DNA from: a virus
DNA: 64,000 bases
IMG/VR virus record: IMGVR_UViG_3300037457_000038
Location: 58,144 to 122,143 of that record
Reading direction: 5' to 3' (one strand)
Shown: positions 7,693-17,607 of the stretch, in pieces
Numbering within the stretch: the first letter of the stretch is position 1
Layout of the letters: each line of letters begins with the position of its first letter
Program-made: the position numbers and the translations under genes
Notes under the pieces: generated by a model
The model's database searches: none
Told to the model about the DNA's origin: nothing
The model's input: the letters and a program-made list of their open reading frames with translations, nothing else

Positions 7693-9629
7693 CCAGCGAG
7701 CCGCCCGCGTACTACACCCCCCAGCCGATGACGACGACGGCCAGCACACCGTCCGCATACCGGCTGACCAGGCCCATCACCCCGTCGTCATCGTCGTCAT
7801 CGTCACGTGGCGGCCTGTGGGGGCGCTGCGCCCTGTGGCTCGCAACCAGCGCACGGTGGGTATCACGGCGCCGCTACGAACTCGCCCCAGCCGGGGCCAT
7901 CACCGCGCTCACCACACTCGGACTCGCCCAAGACGGGCTGACAGCAGCGCTCGCCTACGGCACGCTGGCCGCCGGATCCGGAGCCCTCGCCGTGGCCGGG
8001 CTGCGCCACAAGAACGAGGTCGTCACCCATGTCGGTGCGGGCGGTGCCCTGGCCCTGGCCGATGTCACTACCGCGGTCGCCGCCGGCCTGTCCTGGCCCA
8101 CTTTGACTGCGTGGACGTTGACGACGGGTGTGGCGTACGGGGTGTACGGGCCGTGGCTCGCCGGGCAGCGCAATGCCCGGCTCAAGCTGCACGTCGACAG
8201 TGTGAAAGCGAAGGGCGCGCTGCCGGACGTGCTCGGCCTGGAGGCCGCTGATCCCGGCCTGACCGGAGCATCACCGGAGGAGACGGCGCTGCGCCGTGCT
8301 CTGCACGCTCTGACCGGCCACACCCCCACGACCGTGGATGCGATGCACCGCACCGGCACCGGATGGTCCTGCATCGTCACCATGCCCCCCGGGAAAGCCA
8401 CCGCACCCGAGGCGCTGGTGAAACGGAAGGCGCAGCTGGCGGCGAACCTCGGCCTTCCCGGAACACTCACCCTCACACCCGGGCCCGACAGCAACCAGCT
8501 CGTCGTCCGCATGGCCACCGCCGACACCCTCGCCGACACCCTCAACGTCACCGACACCGGAGTCACCACCTGCCGCGAACCCGTCCTCCTCGGCCGCAAC
8601 GAAGACGGGCATCCGTTCCACCTCACGGTGCTGTACCGCCACACGTTGATCGCCGGTGCATCCGACTGGGGGAAGTCCGGCATCGTGAACCTGGTCCTCA
8701 AGCGCCTCAACCGGTGCGAGGACGCCGACCTGTACGGCATCGACATGAAGCCCGGCGCGCCCGAACTCGGCCCGTGGCGGGGCCGCATGAAGACTCTGGC
8801 CACCAACCCGGAGCAGGCGCGGGGGCTGCTGGAGTGGATCCGCGCAGAGTGCGACCGGCGCGGTCAGGTCCTCGCCGAACTGTCCCGCAAGGCCATGGCC
8901 GAAGGAGCGGGCCCGGTCCGCAAGTGGGTGCCCGGCGTTCACGGCAGCGCGGTGTTCGTGTTCACCGATGAGCTCGCCGAGCTGGTGCGGCAGGACAAGG
9001 AACTTGCGGAGCTGTACGAGAGCCTGCTGGCAATCGCCCGCTTCCTCGCCATCCACTTCGTGTCCGCCACCCAGCAGCCCTCCCGGAAAGTGTTCGGCGG
9101 GTCCACGGACGCCCGCGGGAACTACGCCAACCGCATCTGCACCCGCGCCGGCGAGGCAGGGCACGGCCCGCTGATCTTCGGGCAGGGCAGCCAGAGCCGC
9201 GGCTGGCGCCCCGAACTACTCGACCTGCCCGGCAAGTTTTTGGCGCAGACCCCGGAGCACGACACCCCGCGCACCTACCGGGCCGAGTACGTCTCGGATG
9301 CCGACATCGCCGACGAGGTCGGCTTCTACCACTCCGACATCCGCGACACCAAGGAGCAGCCCGCACTGACTGAAGAGCCGTGGGTCGAGGCATTCGCCCC
9401 GGCACGGCTCCCCGACGGCACCCCTGTCGGCGACGCCTGGCCGCACCTCTACCGGATCCTTACCGACCGCGGCTCGGTCACCAAAAAGGAGCTCGCCTCT
9501 ACCGCCGGGGTGTCCCGGGACACGGCCATGCGCGCCATCGAGACATGGGAGCGGCACGGCGTGCTCTCCCACCGGGACGGCCGCTCCACCCGCTACTACC
9601 TCCCCAAGGAGCAGACTGATGCTTCCTGA
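7689..9629 (+). CDS. traB: FtsK/SpoIIIE-family conjugative dsDNA translocase (TraB-like)
   Basis: N-terminal TM helices; Walker A GASDWGKS; Walker B FVFTDE; ATQQP; C-terminal winged HTH. Confidence 0.85.
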   Translation: MTSEPPAYYTPQPMTTTASTPSAYRLTRPITPSSSSSSSRGGLWGRCALWLATSARWVSRRRYELAPAGAITALTTLGLAQDGLTAALAYGTLAAGSGALAVAGLRHKNEVVTHVGAGGALALADVTTAVAAGLSWPTLTAWTLTTGVAYGVYGPWLAGQRNARLKLHVDSVKAKGALPDVLGLEAADPGLTGASPEETALRRALHALTGHTPTTVDAMHRTGTGWSCIVTMPPGKATAPEALVKRKAQLAANLGLPGTLTLTPGPDSNQLVVRMATADTLADTLNVTDTGVTTCREPVLLGRNEDGHPFHLTVLYRHTLIAGASDWGKSGIVNLVLKRLNRCEDADLYGIDMKPGAPELGPWRGRMKTLATNPEQARGLLEWIRAECDRRGQVLAELSRKAMAEGAGPVRKWVPGVHGSAVFVFTDELAELVRQDKELAELYESLLAIARFLAIHFVSATQQPSRKVFGGSTDARGNYANRICTRAGEAGHGPLIFGQGSQSRGWRPELLDLPGKFLAQTPEHDTPRTYRAEYVSDADIADEVGFYHSDIRDTKEQPALTEEPWVEAFAPARLPDGTPVGDAWPHLYRILTDRGSVTKKELASTAGVSRDTAMRAIETWERHGVLSHRDGRSTRYYLPKEQTDAS

Positions 9630-9927
9630 GCATCGGCATCACGCCGACTGTGACCACTACCGGCCCGGCGACCTGACCGGGCATCCGCCACAGATCGTGC
9701 ATGTGCACCAGGCCGCGGCGCCGGACAGGTCGTTGCAGCGCGCCGCGTTCGGTGCCGGGGTCGGTGCCGGGACAGTCGCCGCAGGCGTCTACTTCGGGCC
9801 GCTGCTGGTGGCCGCGCTGTCATCCATCGCCGTCACCCTCGCTGTCACCGCGCTGGCCGTCGCCGTCTGCGCGTGGGCTGTCGTCACCGTCGTGCGGGCC
9901 GTGTCCGGCACCAGCCGTAAGGGCTGA
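9619..9927 (+). CDS. SpdD-like small membrane protein
   Basis: Long Gly/Ala/Val hydrophobic C-terminus directly after traB. Confidence 0.65.
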   Translation: MLPEHRHHADCDHYRPGDLTGHPPQIVHVHQAAAPDRSLQRAAFGAGVGAGTVAAGVYFGPLLVAALSSIAVTLAVTALAVAVCAWAVVTVVRAVSGTSRKG

Positions 9928-10020
9928 CCCCGGGTTCTTCCGTGACCCCCGGAACCTGTGTCCGGGGTGCGCGGTGGGACCCGGGAACCGCCCCGGACCA
10001 CACCCGAAAGGAACCTCGTC

Positions 10021-10224
10021 ATGGGCCTGTTCAAGAAGACCCCCGAAGAGCGCGCCGCGATCGACCAGATGAAGGCCGCGGACGCCGCCCTCAACGACAA
10101 CTCCGACCGCGAGAAGGCCTCCGGCATCACCGAGGAGACACCCGAATACCAGCGCCTCAACCGCGCCGCGAACGATGCCGCAGCGAAGGTTTCGCGGTGG
10201 CACGGAGGCACCAAGCGCCGCTGA
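10021..10224 (+). CDS. Hypothetical protein
   Basis: AAAGGA RBS; N-terminus MGLFKK. Confidence 0.7.
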   Translation: MGLFKKTPEERAAIDQMKAADAALNDNSDREKASGITEETPEYQRLNRAANDAAAKVSRWHGGTKRR

Positions 10225-10265
10225 CCGGCCACCTGCCCGTAACTCAACCCACCAGAGGAGATGAC

Positions 10266-10427
10266 ATGCGCCTGAACCCCTACGTATGGGGCGCCGACAC
10301 CGTGAGCGGCGTCGCACGCAACATCCGCCGCCACGTGTCCGAAGACCCGGCCGACCACGAGGCCGCTGAGCGGGAGACCCGCGAGGCGGATCGCCGCTGG
10401 AACCAGCCCAAGAAGTCCAAGCGCTGA
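10266..10427 (+). CDS. Hypothetical protein
   Basis: GAGGAG RBS. Confidence 0.6.
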   Translation: MRLNPYVWGADTVSGVARNIRRHVSEDPADHEAAERETREADRRWNQPKKSKR

Positions 10428-10517
10428 CGGATGCCTGTCGCCCCCGCGCCACGCCGTGCGGGGACGGCAGGGAGCCGGGACAGCCCCGGTATCCACCAAC
10501 CAGAGAGGAGCCCAGCC

Positions 10518-10703
10518 ATGGGCCTGTTCACCCGCAAGACACACACCACCGAGCCCGGTATCGACCCCGAGTCCGGCGAACCCGTCATCAACATCCGCTC
10601 CCACAAGACCGGTGGGCACATCGTGACCTCCCGCCGCACCCAGGCCGAAGCCGACGCTGAAGCCAACCGCCTCGCCCGCGCCTGGAAGAACCTGGAGAAC
10701 TGA
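10518..10703 (+). CDS. Hypothetical protein
   Basis: GAGGAG RBS; N-terminus MGLFTRK. Confidence 0.65.
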   Translation: MGLFTRKTHTTEPGIDPESGEPVINIRSHKTGGHIVTSRRTQAEADAEANRLARAWKNLEN

Positions 10704-10704
10704 C

Positions 10705-11022
10705 ATGGCATCGCCCCGCTCGTACACGACCGCTGAGAAGCGGAAGAAGGCCGCTCTCGTTCTCAAGGGCGCCCGTGGTGCCTACGGAGACACCGGCCGT
10801 ATCGAGGCGCAGATCGACCGGATCAACCAGCGGGCGGAGCAGCGCGCCGTCCTGGAGCTGGACGCGCTGAGGACTGCCGAGGCCCAGGCCGAACGCGAGC
10901 TGGCCCAGGCGAAAGCTGCTGAACGTGGCGCGCCCCGCAGCGAACGCGCAGCAGCCAAGCAGGCCGTCAAGGACGCCCGCCAGGCCCTGGACCGCGCCGC
11001 CAGGGCCCGCCGCAAGCGCTGA
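10705..11022 (+). CDS. Basic coiled-coil hypothetical protein
   Basis: GGAG RBS; last gene of the transfer operon. Confidence 0.7.
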   Translation: MASPRSYTTAEKRKKAALVLKGARGAYGDTGRIEAQIDRINQRAEQRAVLELDALRTAEAQAERELAQAKAAERGAPRSERAAAKQAVKDARQALDRAARARRKR

Positions 11023-11125
11023 CCGCCCGGTACGGTGGGTGGGTCGCACGGGTGGGAGGTCACTGCCCGGGCGCGTCCCCCCAGAGGCCCCGCTGTCACG
11101 CCGTCAGCGGGGCCTCGCACGTACC

Positions 11126-11158
11126 CCGGACAGCCTGCGCCCCGGTCAACGGCACACT
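11126..11158 (+). promoter_or_regulatory. Late promoter motif copy (CCGGA-N22-CACACT)
   Basis: Same spacing as the other copies; upstream of the putative terS. Confidence 0.55.
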
Positions 11159-11179
11159 TGGCCCCAAGGAGGTGACCTC

Positions 11180-11752
11180 GTGGACTACAAGCAGCCCCGC
11201 AGCAACAGAGGCCAATTCATCCGCACCACCACCAGCGCCGAACGCGACGCCGATGCCGCCCGCCTCCGCGACACCGGCATGGGATACAAGGAAATCGCCG
11301 AACAACTCGGCTACTGCGACAAGGGCCAGGCATGGCGCGGCGTACAACGCACCCTCACCGAAATCGTCCGCGAACCAGCCGAGAAGCTCCGCCAGACCGA
11401 GGCCAACAGGCTCGACGACCTGTACGTCGACGCCCTCAACATCCTCGAACGCGACCACGTCATGGTGTCCCACGGCAAGATTGTTTACGGCGAAGACGGG
11501 CGTGCCCTGCTGGATGACGGGCCGAAGATCGCCGCGATCCGTGAGCTCCGGCAGATCCGCGAGTCCTACCGCAAGCTGTTCGGCGCTGACGCAGCCAAGC
11601 AGATCGACATCGCCCTCGAACAGCGCATCGACCTCGACGCGCAACTCGTCACCGACGCCCTCACCGCAGCACTCGACGCAATCGACCTGACGGATGAGCA
11701 GCGGGCGGTAGCGCTCGGTGCGGCTCAACAGCGGTTGCAGGAAGCGGATTGA
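11180..11752 (+). CDS. Putative terminase small subunit
   Basis: AAGGAGG RBS; N-terminal HTH (GMGYKEIAEQLGY), helical body; first late gene. Confidence 0.65.
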   Translation: MDYKQPRSNRGQFIRTTTSAERDADAARLRDTGMGYKEIAEQLGYCDKGQAWRGVQRTLTEIVREPAEKLRQTEANRLDDLYVDALNILERDHVMVSHGKIVYGEDGRALLDDGPKIAAIRELRQIRESYRKLFGADAAKQIDIALEQRIDLDAQLVTDALTAALDAIDLTDEQRAVALGAAQQRLQEAD

Positions 11753-11807
11753 CAGCATCCCGTGGAAAACTGGAAGCAACCATTCCGGCCCCACACGGGA
11801 GACCTCC

Positions 11808-12119
11808 ATGATCAAGGTTTGCACCACCCTCGAATCCGGCGCAGAAATCTGCACCACCATCGACCTCGCCAACGACGCCGCATCCCGCGCCTACACCACC
11901 ACCCTCGGCAACGGCAGCGACAGCACGTTCACCCTCACCCACAACCTTGACAGCCTCGACCTCGTGCCCGTCATCCGCGGCATCGCCAGCGGCAACCTCA
12001 CTAACACAAGCCCCACCGTGATCGCAGTCGACGCCAACACGGCGCGCCTCGTCTTCGAGAACGTGCCCACGCAGGGTCAGTTCCAGGTGACGCTCCTCGC
12101 TGTCGCCCCGACCGCCTGA
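11808..12119 (+). CDS. Small Thr-rich beta protein (virion decoration/fibre-like)
   Basis: TTLGNGSDSTFTLTHNL motif; GGGAG RBS. Confidence 0.65.
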   Translation: MIKVCTTLESGAEICTTIDLANDAASRAYTTTLGNGSDSTFTLTHNLDSLDLVPVIRGIASGNLTNTSPTVIAVDANTARLVFENVPTQGQFQVTLLAVAPTA

Positions 12120-12176
12120 CCGGCACCACACCAGCCCGGGGCGGCAGACCCCCACCTGCCGCCACCCTCCGGCAGT

Positions 12177-12209
12177 CCGGAATGATCTTGACGGGGTGCG
12201 GTGCATCCT
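12177..12209 (+). promoter_or_regulatory. Late promoter CCGGAATGATCTT-N14-CATCCT (leaderless)
   Basis: Exact 13-mer present 5 times in the window; ATG 7 nt after the -10. Confidence 0.75.
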
Positions 12210-12216
12210 CCCGCCC

Positions 12217-13227
12217 ATGAGACTGCTGCTCACCGGATCCGCGGGTTTCGTCGGCTCCCACGTACTCGCCCACCTGCTCGCGCACACGGACGCTCAGATC
12301 GTGTGCCCGTGGACCCTGCGCCACCACGGCAACACCCAACGCCTCGCCGACGCACTCGACCAATCCGGCGCCGACCAGTGGGAAGGCCGCGTAACCACCG
12401 TCATGCACGACCTCGCGTGTCCCATGCCGACGACGCTCGTCGACGAGATCGGCCCGGTGGACGCGATCCTCAACATCGCCTCCGAGTCCCACGTTGACCG
12501 CGCCATCGCCGACCCGACGCCGTTCGTACGGAACAACGTCGAGCTGATGCTGAACGTCCTCGAATACGCCCGCCAAGTCCGCCCGCGGATGCTGCTGCAC
12601 ATGGGCACCGACGAGGAGTACGGCCCGGCGTACGGCGACTACAAGCACCGCGAGTGGGACACCGTGCTGCCCTCGAACCCGTACTCGGCGTCGAAGGCCG
12701 CGCAGTCCGCGCTGGCGACTGCGTGGTGGCGCACTTTTGGGGTGCCTGTCGTTCTCACCAGGACCATGAATCTTGTGAGTCCGGCCCAGGACCCGGAGAA
12801 GTTCGTGCCCACGATCATCCGCAAGGTGCTCGCCGGGGAGACGGTGCAGATCCACTCCAGCCCCGAAGGTGTGCCCGGCTCCCGGCACTGGATCGACGCC
12901 CGTGAATTCGGCGCCGCGTGGCTGCACCTGCTGAACACGGTCGAACCGGAGATGTACCCGGACACCGACCGGCCGTCCATGTTCCACGTCGTCGGCGAGG
13001 AGCGGACGAACCTTCAGATCGCGCAGACGATCGCCGACCTCCTGGGCCGACCGCTGAAGTACGAACTCGTCTCCTTCCATTCCAGCCGGCCAGGCCACGA
13101 CCTCCGCTATGCGCTGGACGGCAGCAAGCTCGCCGAAGCGGGATGGACGCCGGGGCGCCCGATCGAGGAGACGCTCGCGGACATCGTGAAGTGGTACGCC
13201 GACAACCCGGCCTGGCTCGCCGCGTGA
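12217..13227 (+). CDS. dTDP-glucose 4,6-dehydratase-like NAD-dependent enzyme (RmlB family)
   Basis: TGSAGFVG, ASESHVDR, TDEEYG, YSASK, RPGHDLRYALD motifs. Confidence 0.9.
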   Translation: MRLLLTGSAGFVGSHVLAHLLAHTDAQIVCPWTLRHHGNTQRLADALDQSGADQWEGRVTTVMHDLACPMPTTLVDEIGPVDAILNIASESHVDRAIADPTPFVRNNVELMLNVLEYARQVRPRMLLHMGTDEEYGPAYGDYKHREWDTVLPSNPYSASKAAQSALATAWWRTFGVPVVLTRTMNLVSPAQDPEKFVPTIIRKVLAGETVQIHSSPEGVPGSRHWIDAREFGAAWLHLLNTVEPEMYPDTDRPSMFHVVGEERTNLQIAQTIADLLGRPLKYELVSFHSSRPGHDLRYALDGSKLAEAGWTPGRPIEETLADIVKWYADNPAWLAA

Positions 13228-14003
13228 CCGGGCCACCGACTGTGCACCTCGGCGACGCCCTTGCGTGGCTCCAGAGCCTCGACACCGCATCCGTCGACGC
13301 GGTCATCACCGACCCGCCATACAGCAGTGGCGGCATGGTCCGAGGCGACCGGGCCGGAACAACCACAAAGATCAAGTACACCGGCGACAAAGCGAACTCC
13401 GAGTACGCCGACTTCTCCGGCGACAACCGCGATCAACGCGGATGGGGCTACTGGATGACGCTCTGGCTCAGTGAAGCCCTCCGCGTCACCAAACCCGGAG
13501 GCGCCCTGGTCATGTTCTGTGACTGGCGCCAACTGCCCACCGCGACCGACGTAATCCAGTCCGGCGGCTGGGTGTGGCGCGGCCTCGTTCCGTGGATCAA
13601 GCCCGACTCCCGGCCTCAGCTCGGCCGCTTCACGCAGAACGCGGAGTTCGTCGCCTGGGGCAGCAACGGCCCTATGCCCAGCGAGGGCGACTGTCTTCCG
13701 GGCTACTACCTTGCTCGCGCGCCGCGCGCCAACGAGGGGCGCCAGCACATCACGCAAAAGCCCGTCGATGTCCTGCGGTCCCTCGTGCGTATCGCCCCCA
13801 TAGGCGGCCTCGTCGTCGACCCGTTCACAGGATCTGGGACTACGGGCGTGGCCTGCATCCACGAAGGCCGACACTTCGCCGGATGCGAGTCAGTCGCTGC
13901 CCACCACGCGACGGCTGTGTCCCGGCTCGCGGTAGCGGCAGGCCACGCAGTGCCGAACGGCATGCAGGGCGCCTTGGACTTCGCGGAGTTGTGTGATGGG
14001 TGA
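13224..14003 (+). CDS. N6-adenine/N4-cytosine DNA methyltransferase (beta class)
   Basis: DPPY; H.TQKP; DPFTGSGTT. Confidence 0.9.
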   Translation: MTGPPTVHLGDALAWLQSLDTASVDAVITDPPYSSGGMVRGDRAGTTTKIKYTGDKANSEYADFSGDNRDQRGWGYWMTLWLSEALRVTKPGGALVMFCDWRQLPTATDVIQSGGWVWRGLVPWIKPDSRPQLGRFTQNAEFVAWGSNGPMPSEGDCLPGYYLARAPRANEGRQHITQKPVDVLRSLVRIAPIGGLVVDPFTGSGTTGVACIHEGRHFAGCESVAAHHATAVSRLAVAAGHAVPNGMQGALDFAELCDG

Positions 14004-14673
14004 CCTCTTCAGGGCGGCCGTCATCCCGACCCGTGACCGGCACGACATGGTGGCCGACTGCATCGGCTCCGTCGTCGACCAGGTCGACCGCGTCATCGTC
14101 ATCGACAACCAGTCCGATCCGCCGATCGATCCCGAGCCGTGGCACGGCAAGGTCAGCGTTGTCGCCGTCCCTCTCGATCCGCCGAACATCTCCACCCTGT
14201 GGAACGTCGGCCTCGCCCTCGCCGACGCACAAGCCCACCAGCATCAAGCGGACCGGTGGGACATTGCCGTCCTCAACAGTGATGTGACCGTGCCCCCGGG
14301 CTGGATCGACGGCCTGTCCACGGCGATGCGCTCGACCACAGCGGTGCTCGCCTACCCCGACCAGCACGGCGGCAAGCAAGCCATCCTGCACACGAAGGCC
14401 GAGCCGATCGACCTACGGCAGCGGATCACCGGCTACGCGTTCATGATGCGTGGCGAGATCGGCCAGCGGTTCGACGAGGACCTCGCATGGTGGTACGGCG
14501 ACGATGCGGCCGACTGGACTGCGCGGGAGAACGGCGGGGCGCTCCTCGTGCCCGGCCTGGCAGTCGAACACCGCTGCCCCAACGGCTCCATCTACGAGCG
14601 CCCGGAACTCCGCGCCCAGACCGCCCGTGACCGCGAGACGTTCCACCGGAAATGGGGGCGCACCCCATGGTGA
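13996..14673 (+). CDS. Glycosyltransferase family 2
   Basis: VIPTRDR, VIVIDNQS, VLNSD, RFDE...WYGDD. Confidence 0.85.
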   Translation: MGDLFRAAVIPTRDRHDMVADCIGSVVDQVDRVIVIDNQSDPPIDPEPWHGKVSVVAVPLDPPNISTLWNVGLALADAQAHQHQADRWDIAVLNSDVTVPPGWIDGLSTAMRSTTAVLAYPDQHGGKQAILHTKAEPIDLRQRITGYAFMMRGEIGQRFDEDLAWWYGDDAADWTARENGGALLVPGLAVEHRCPNGSIYERPELRAQTARDRETFHRKWGRTPW

Positions 14674-14721
14674 ACCATGGCCGCGAAGCCACACGACCAA
14701 GCAACCGAAAGGATGATCAGC

Positions 14722-15024
14722 ATGGCGCAGAGGACTGACCTCGTCGCGGAGATCGAAACCACCCTGGACGGGTCCGGCGACTACACCGGCCCCTGGATCG
14801 ACTCGGCAGGCATCTTCAAGGTCCGTGTCGTCAACGTCGGATCCGGTATCCGGATCGAGCAGTCCAACGATCAGACGAACACAGTGCAGATCAGCACGGT
14901 CGATGTCGGGGTCGAGGGGCCCTATAGGCATGAGGAAATCGCGATCACCGCACGGTACTTCCGCGTCAGGGGGTATGGGGACGCGAACGCTCCACTGCAC
15001 GCGGCCGTCCGGGTTGTTGCGTGA
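14722..15024 (+). CDS. Hypothetical beta-rich protein (possible virion decoration)
   Basis: GAAAGGA RBS; YTGPWID...IEQSND...ARYFRV. Confidence 0.6.
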   Translation: MAQRTDLVAEIETTLDGSGDYTGPWIDSAGIFKVRVVNVGSGIRIEQSNDQTNTVQISTVDVGVEGPYRHEEIAITARYFRVRGYGDANAPLHAAVRVVA

Positions 15025-15842
15025 TGAGCCACATGAAAATCGCAGTCACCGGGGGCTCCGGCTTTCTCGGACAGGCCACCATCCGCGCCGCCGAGAACGC
15101 CGGACATGAGGCGTGGGCGTTCGACCGCACCCAAGACCTCGACATCCTCGGCAGCCTCGACGCACTCGACGGCGCCGACACAGTGATTCACCTGGCTGGG
15201 ATGCTCGGCACGTCCGAACTGTTCGACACCCCAGAGCAGGCGGTCGACGTCAACATCAAGGGCGCCTTGCGGATCCTGCAATGGTGCCGCGCCCATAACG
15301 CCGCCTACGTAGGCATCACGATGCCCGACGTGTACCCGTCCGTGTACACGGCGACGAAGATCTGTGCGCAACGCCTGGCTACGGCGTGGCATCTGGCGTA
15401 CGGGGTGCCCGTGAGCCATGTCCGTGCGTTCAACGCGTACGGGCCCGGGAGCAGCGTCAACGCGCCCGGATATCCGAAGAAGATCGTGCCGACGTTTGCG
15501 CGTGCGGCATGGTCTGGGAAGCCAATCCCGGTGATGGGTGATGGCAAGCAGATCGTTGACCTGATCCACACTGATGACATTGCCCGGATGCTGCTCGACG
15601 CCACCAGGCACGGCGACGACGCCATGTTCGAAGCCGGGACCGGGCAGTCCGTCACGGTCCATGAGGTGGCCGAACGGATCCTCGATGTCACGGGTAGTAC
15701 GGCCGGGATTGAGTACATGCCCATGCGTCGTGGTGAAACGTCCACGCAGGTCGTGGCGACTGGTGAGGGCTGGGAACGGTTGGACTGGCGGCCGCGCATG
15801 GATTGGGACCGGTTTGCGGAGGCCGTGAGGTCGTACCGGTGA
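15021..15842 (+). CDS. NAD-dependent epimerase/dehydratase
   Basis: VTGGSGFLG, HLAG, YTATK, FNAYGP. Confidence 0.9.
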   Translation: MMSHMKIAVTGGSGFLGQATIRAAENAGHEAWAFDRTQDLDILGSLDALDGADTVIHLAGMLGTSELFDTPEQAVDVNIKGALRILQWCRAHNAAYVGITMPDVYPSVYTATKICAQRLATAWHLAYGVPVSHVRAFNAYGPGSSVNAPGYPKKIVPTFARAAWSGKPIPVMGDGKQIVDLIHTDDIARMLLDATRHGDDAMFEAGTGQSVTVHEVAERILDVTGSTAGIEYMPMRRGETSTQVVATGEGWERLDWRPRMDWDRFAEAVRSYR

Positions 15843-16351
15843 CGGAGCGGATTTCGGCTGATGCGTGGGAGCAGCACAAGGGGCACGTAGCCCGCTACTA
15901 CTACGCTTCGCAGCACGTGCGTGCGGGCGAGACGGTGAACGACATCGCGTGCGGGGTCGGCTACGGCTCCGGGTTCTTTCTGCAAGGCCTGTACCGCGGT
16001 TACGACCGGCCCGGCGCGCCCGACCTGAGGTTCCCCGGTTCCTTCCACGCGGCGGACTTGGATGATCCGGGGTGGGATCCGGCAGCAGCTGATGTGACGG
16101 TGTGCTTCGAGACGCTGGAGCATGTGAAGGATCCGGCCCGGCTGGCGCGGGTGATTGCCCGTACGACACACAGGTTGATCGTGGTGTCGGTGCCGGTGGT
16201 GCCGACCAAGCACATCAACCCGTACCACTTGCACGACTTCACCGCCGAGGAGATCCCACCGCTGTTCGGCGGGTTCCGTGTGGCGGATGAGTGGCCGCAG
16301 CCAGAGGAGTTGGCTCACGTGTGGCTGTTCGAACGGAGTGGCGATGCCTGA
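15839..16351 (+). CDS. Class I SAM-dependent methyltransferase
   Basis: HVARY, DIACGVGYG, CFETLEH, NPYHLHDF. Confidence 0.85.
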   Translation: MTERISADAWEQHKGHVARYYYASQHVRAGETVNDIACGVGYGSGFFLQGLYRGYDRPGAPDLRFPGSFHAADLDDPGWDPAAADVTVCFETLEHVKDPARLARVIARTTHRLIVVSVPVVPTKHINPYHLHDFTAEEIPPLFGGFRVADEWPQPEELAHVWLFERSGDA

Positions 16352-17000
16352 CGTTGCGATCATCACTGCGGTCTATGACGCTTTCGACACGGTCAAGCCT
16401 GTCCTGCCGCAGACCGGCGCCGATGTGGAGTGGGTCCTCGTCACCGACACCGTGCCGGATGCGGAGGCCGCGCAAGGCTGGACGGTTGTGCATGAGCCAC
16501 GCCCCGATGTGCCGCCGGTGCGTGCGGCGAAGCGGCCGAAGTTCGAGCCGTGGAAGTACACGGACGCACCCGCGAGTATCTGGATCGACGCCTCGTTCCG
16601 TGTCGTCTCGCCTCGGTTCGCGGGCGAGGCCATGGAGTACGCGAAGCCGATCGCCCAGTTCGAGCATCCTTGGCGGTCGTGCCTGTACGACGAGGCGACC
16701 GAGATCGCTGCGCTCGGGAAAGACCCCGATGGCGCCGCCGCCTGGCAGGTGAAGCGTTACCGGGAGGCTGGTCACCCGGAGGGGTGGGGCCTGTGGGCGG
16801 CTGGCGTCATCGCGCGTCGGCATACGGCAGCCGTTCGGCGGATGGGTGCGGCGTGGGCGCGGGAGGTGGCGGGCGGTTCGGCGCGGGATCAGGTGTCGCA
16901 GCCGCACGTGCTGCGCAAGACACGGCTGCGCCCGGTCGACCTGCCTGGGACGCATCTGGCGAACCAGTGGCTGAAGTACGAGGGGAGCGGAAGGCATTGA
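16344..17000 (+). CDS. DUF616/TOD1-MUCI70-like glycosyltransferase
   Basis: ITAVYDAFD, SIWIDAS, HPWRSCLYDEA, RDQVS. Confidence 0.8.
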   Translation: MPDVAIITAVYDAFDTVKPVLPQTGADVEWVLVTDTVPDAEAAQGWTVVHEPRPDVPPVRAAKRPKFEPWKYTDAPASIWIDASFRVVSPRFAGEAMEYAKPIAQFEHPWRSCLYDEATEIAALGKDPDGAAAWQVKRYREAGHPEGWGLWAAGVIARRHTAAVRRMGAAWAREVAGGSARDQVSQPHVLRKTRLRPVDLPGTHLANQWLKYEGSGRH

Positions 17001-17170
17001 CCACACACGAGGCAGCGCAGCGGCTGGTGGCTCTCCTCAACGAACTGGGAGCCGCTGGCGTTGAGATCGAGGCCGCGATTGGCGGATTGAACCTGAGCAC
17101 GGACGCCGAACCGTACGGCGCACGCGTAGGCCGCGCGGACGACTCCGGTACCGCTTGGGAGGTCGAGTGA
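16997..17170 (+). CDS. Small hypothetical protein
   Basis: TTG start overlapping the previous stop; fills the gap exactly. Confidence 0.55.
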   Translation: MTTHEAAQRLVALLNELGAAGVEIEAAIGGLNLSTDAEPYGARVGRADDSGTAWEVE

Positions 17171-17607
17171 TGAGGCTGGAGATCGGCGGCGGGAAGCTCC
17201 TGCCAGCAGGCTGGACCAACCTCGACCCCAACCACGGCACCGGCCCATGGCGGCGCCTCGCACAAGACACGCCATGGCCCACCGGCGACCACACCGTAGA
17301 GGCGATGCGCGCCTCGCACGTCATGGAGCACATCCCCGCCGGAGACCCGCGCATCGCGGTCCTCAACGAAGCCCACCGCGTCCTCAAGCCCGGGGCCGTG
17401 TTCGAGATCCGCGTACCCAACGCCCTGTCCGGAACCTGGCACGCCTACGCCGACCCGACGCACGTCTCCTTCTGGTGCGTGGAGTCGTTCCACTACATCG
17501 ACGGGACGAAGGCCGCGCACGCCGACTACGGACTGAAGCCGTGGAAGACGAGGGAGCTCCGGATCCAGGGCGACAACGAAATCCTGTGGATAGGAAGCCC
17601 GCGGTGA
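17170..17607 (+). CDS. SAM-dependent methyltransferase (type 11-like)
   Basis: LEIGGG, ASHVMEH, RVLKPG, DPTH. Confidence 0.85.
   Translation: MRLEIGGGKLLPAGWTNLDPNHGTGPWRRLAQDTPWPTGDHTVEAMRASHVMEHIPAGDPRIAVLNEAHRVLKPGAVFEIRVPNALSGTWHAYADPTHVSFWCVESFHYIDGTKAAHADYGLKPWKTRELRIQGDNEILWIGSPR

Noticed and set aside
7727-7806. GATGACGACGACGG / CGTCGTCATCGTCGTCATC inverted and tandem repeats at the traB 5' end
   Set aside because: Adequately explained by poly-Thr/poly-Ser coding; a DNA-level role is unsupported
9925-10010. GACCC(C)GG-like repeats after the spdD-like gene as an alternative clt
   Set aside because: Only about 3-4 degenerate GC-rich copies, partly explained by a hairpin; weaker than the 7069-7299 cluster
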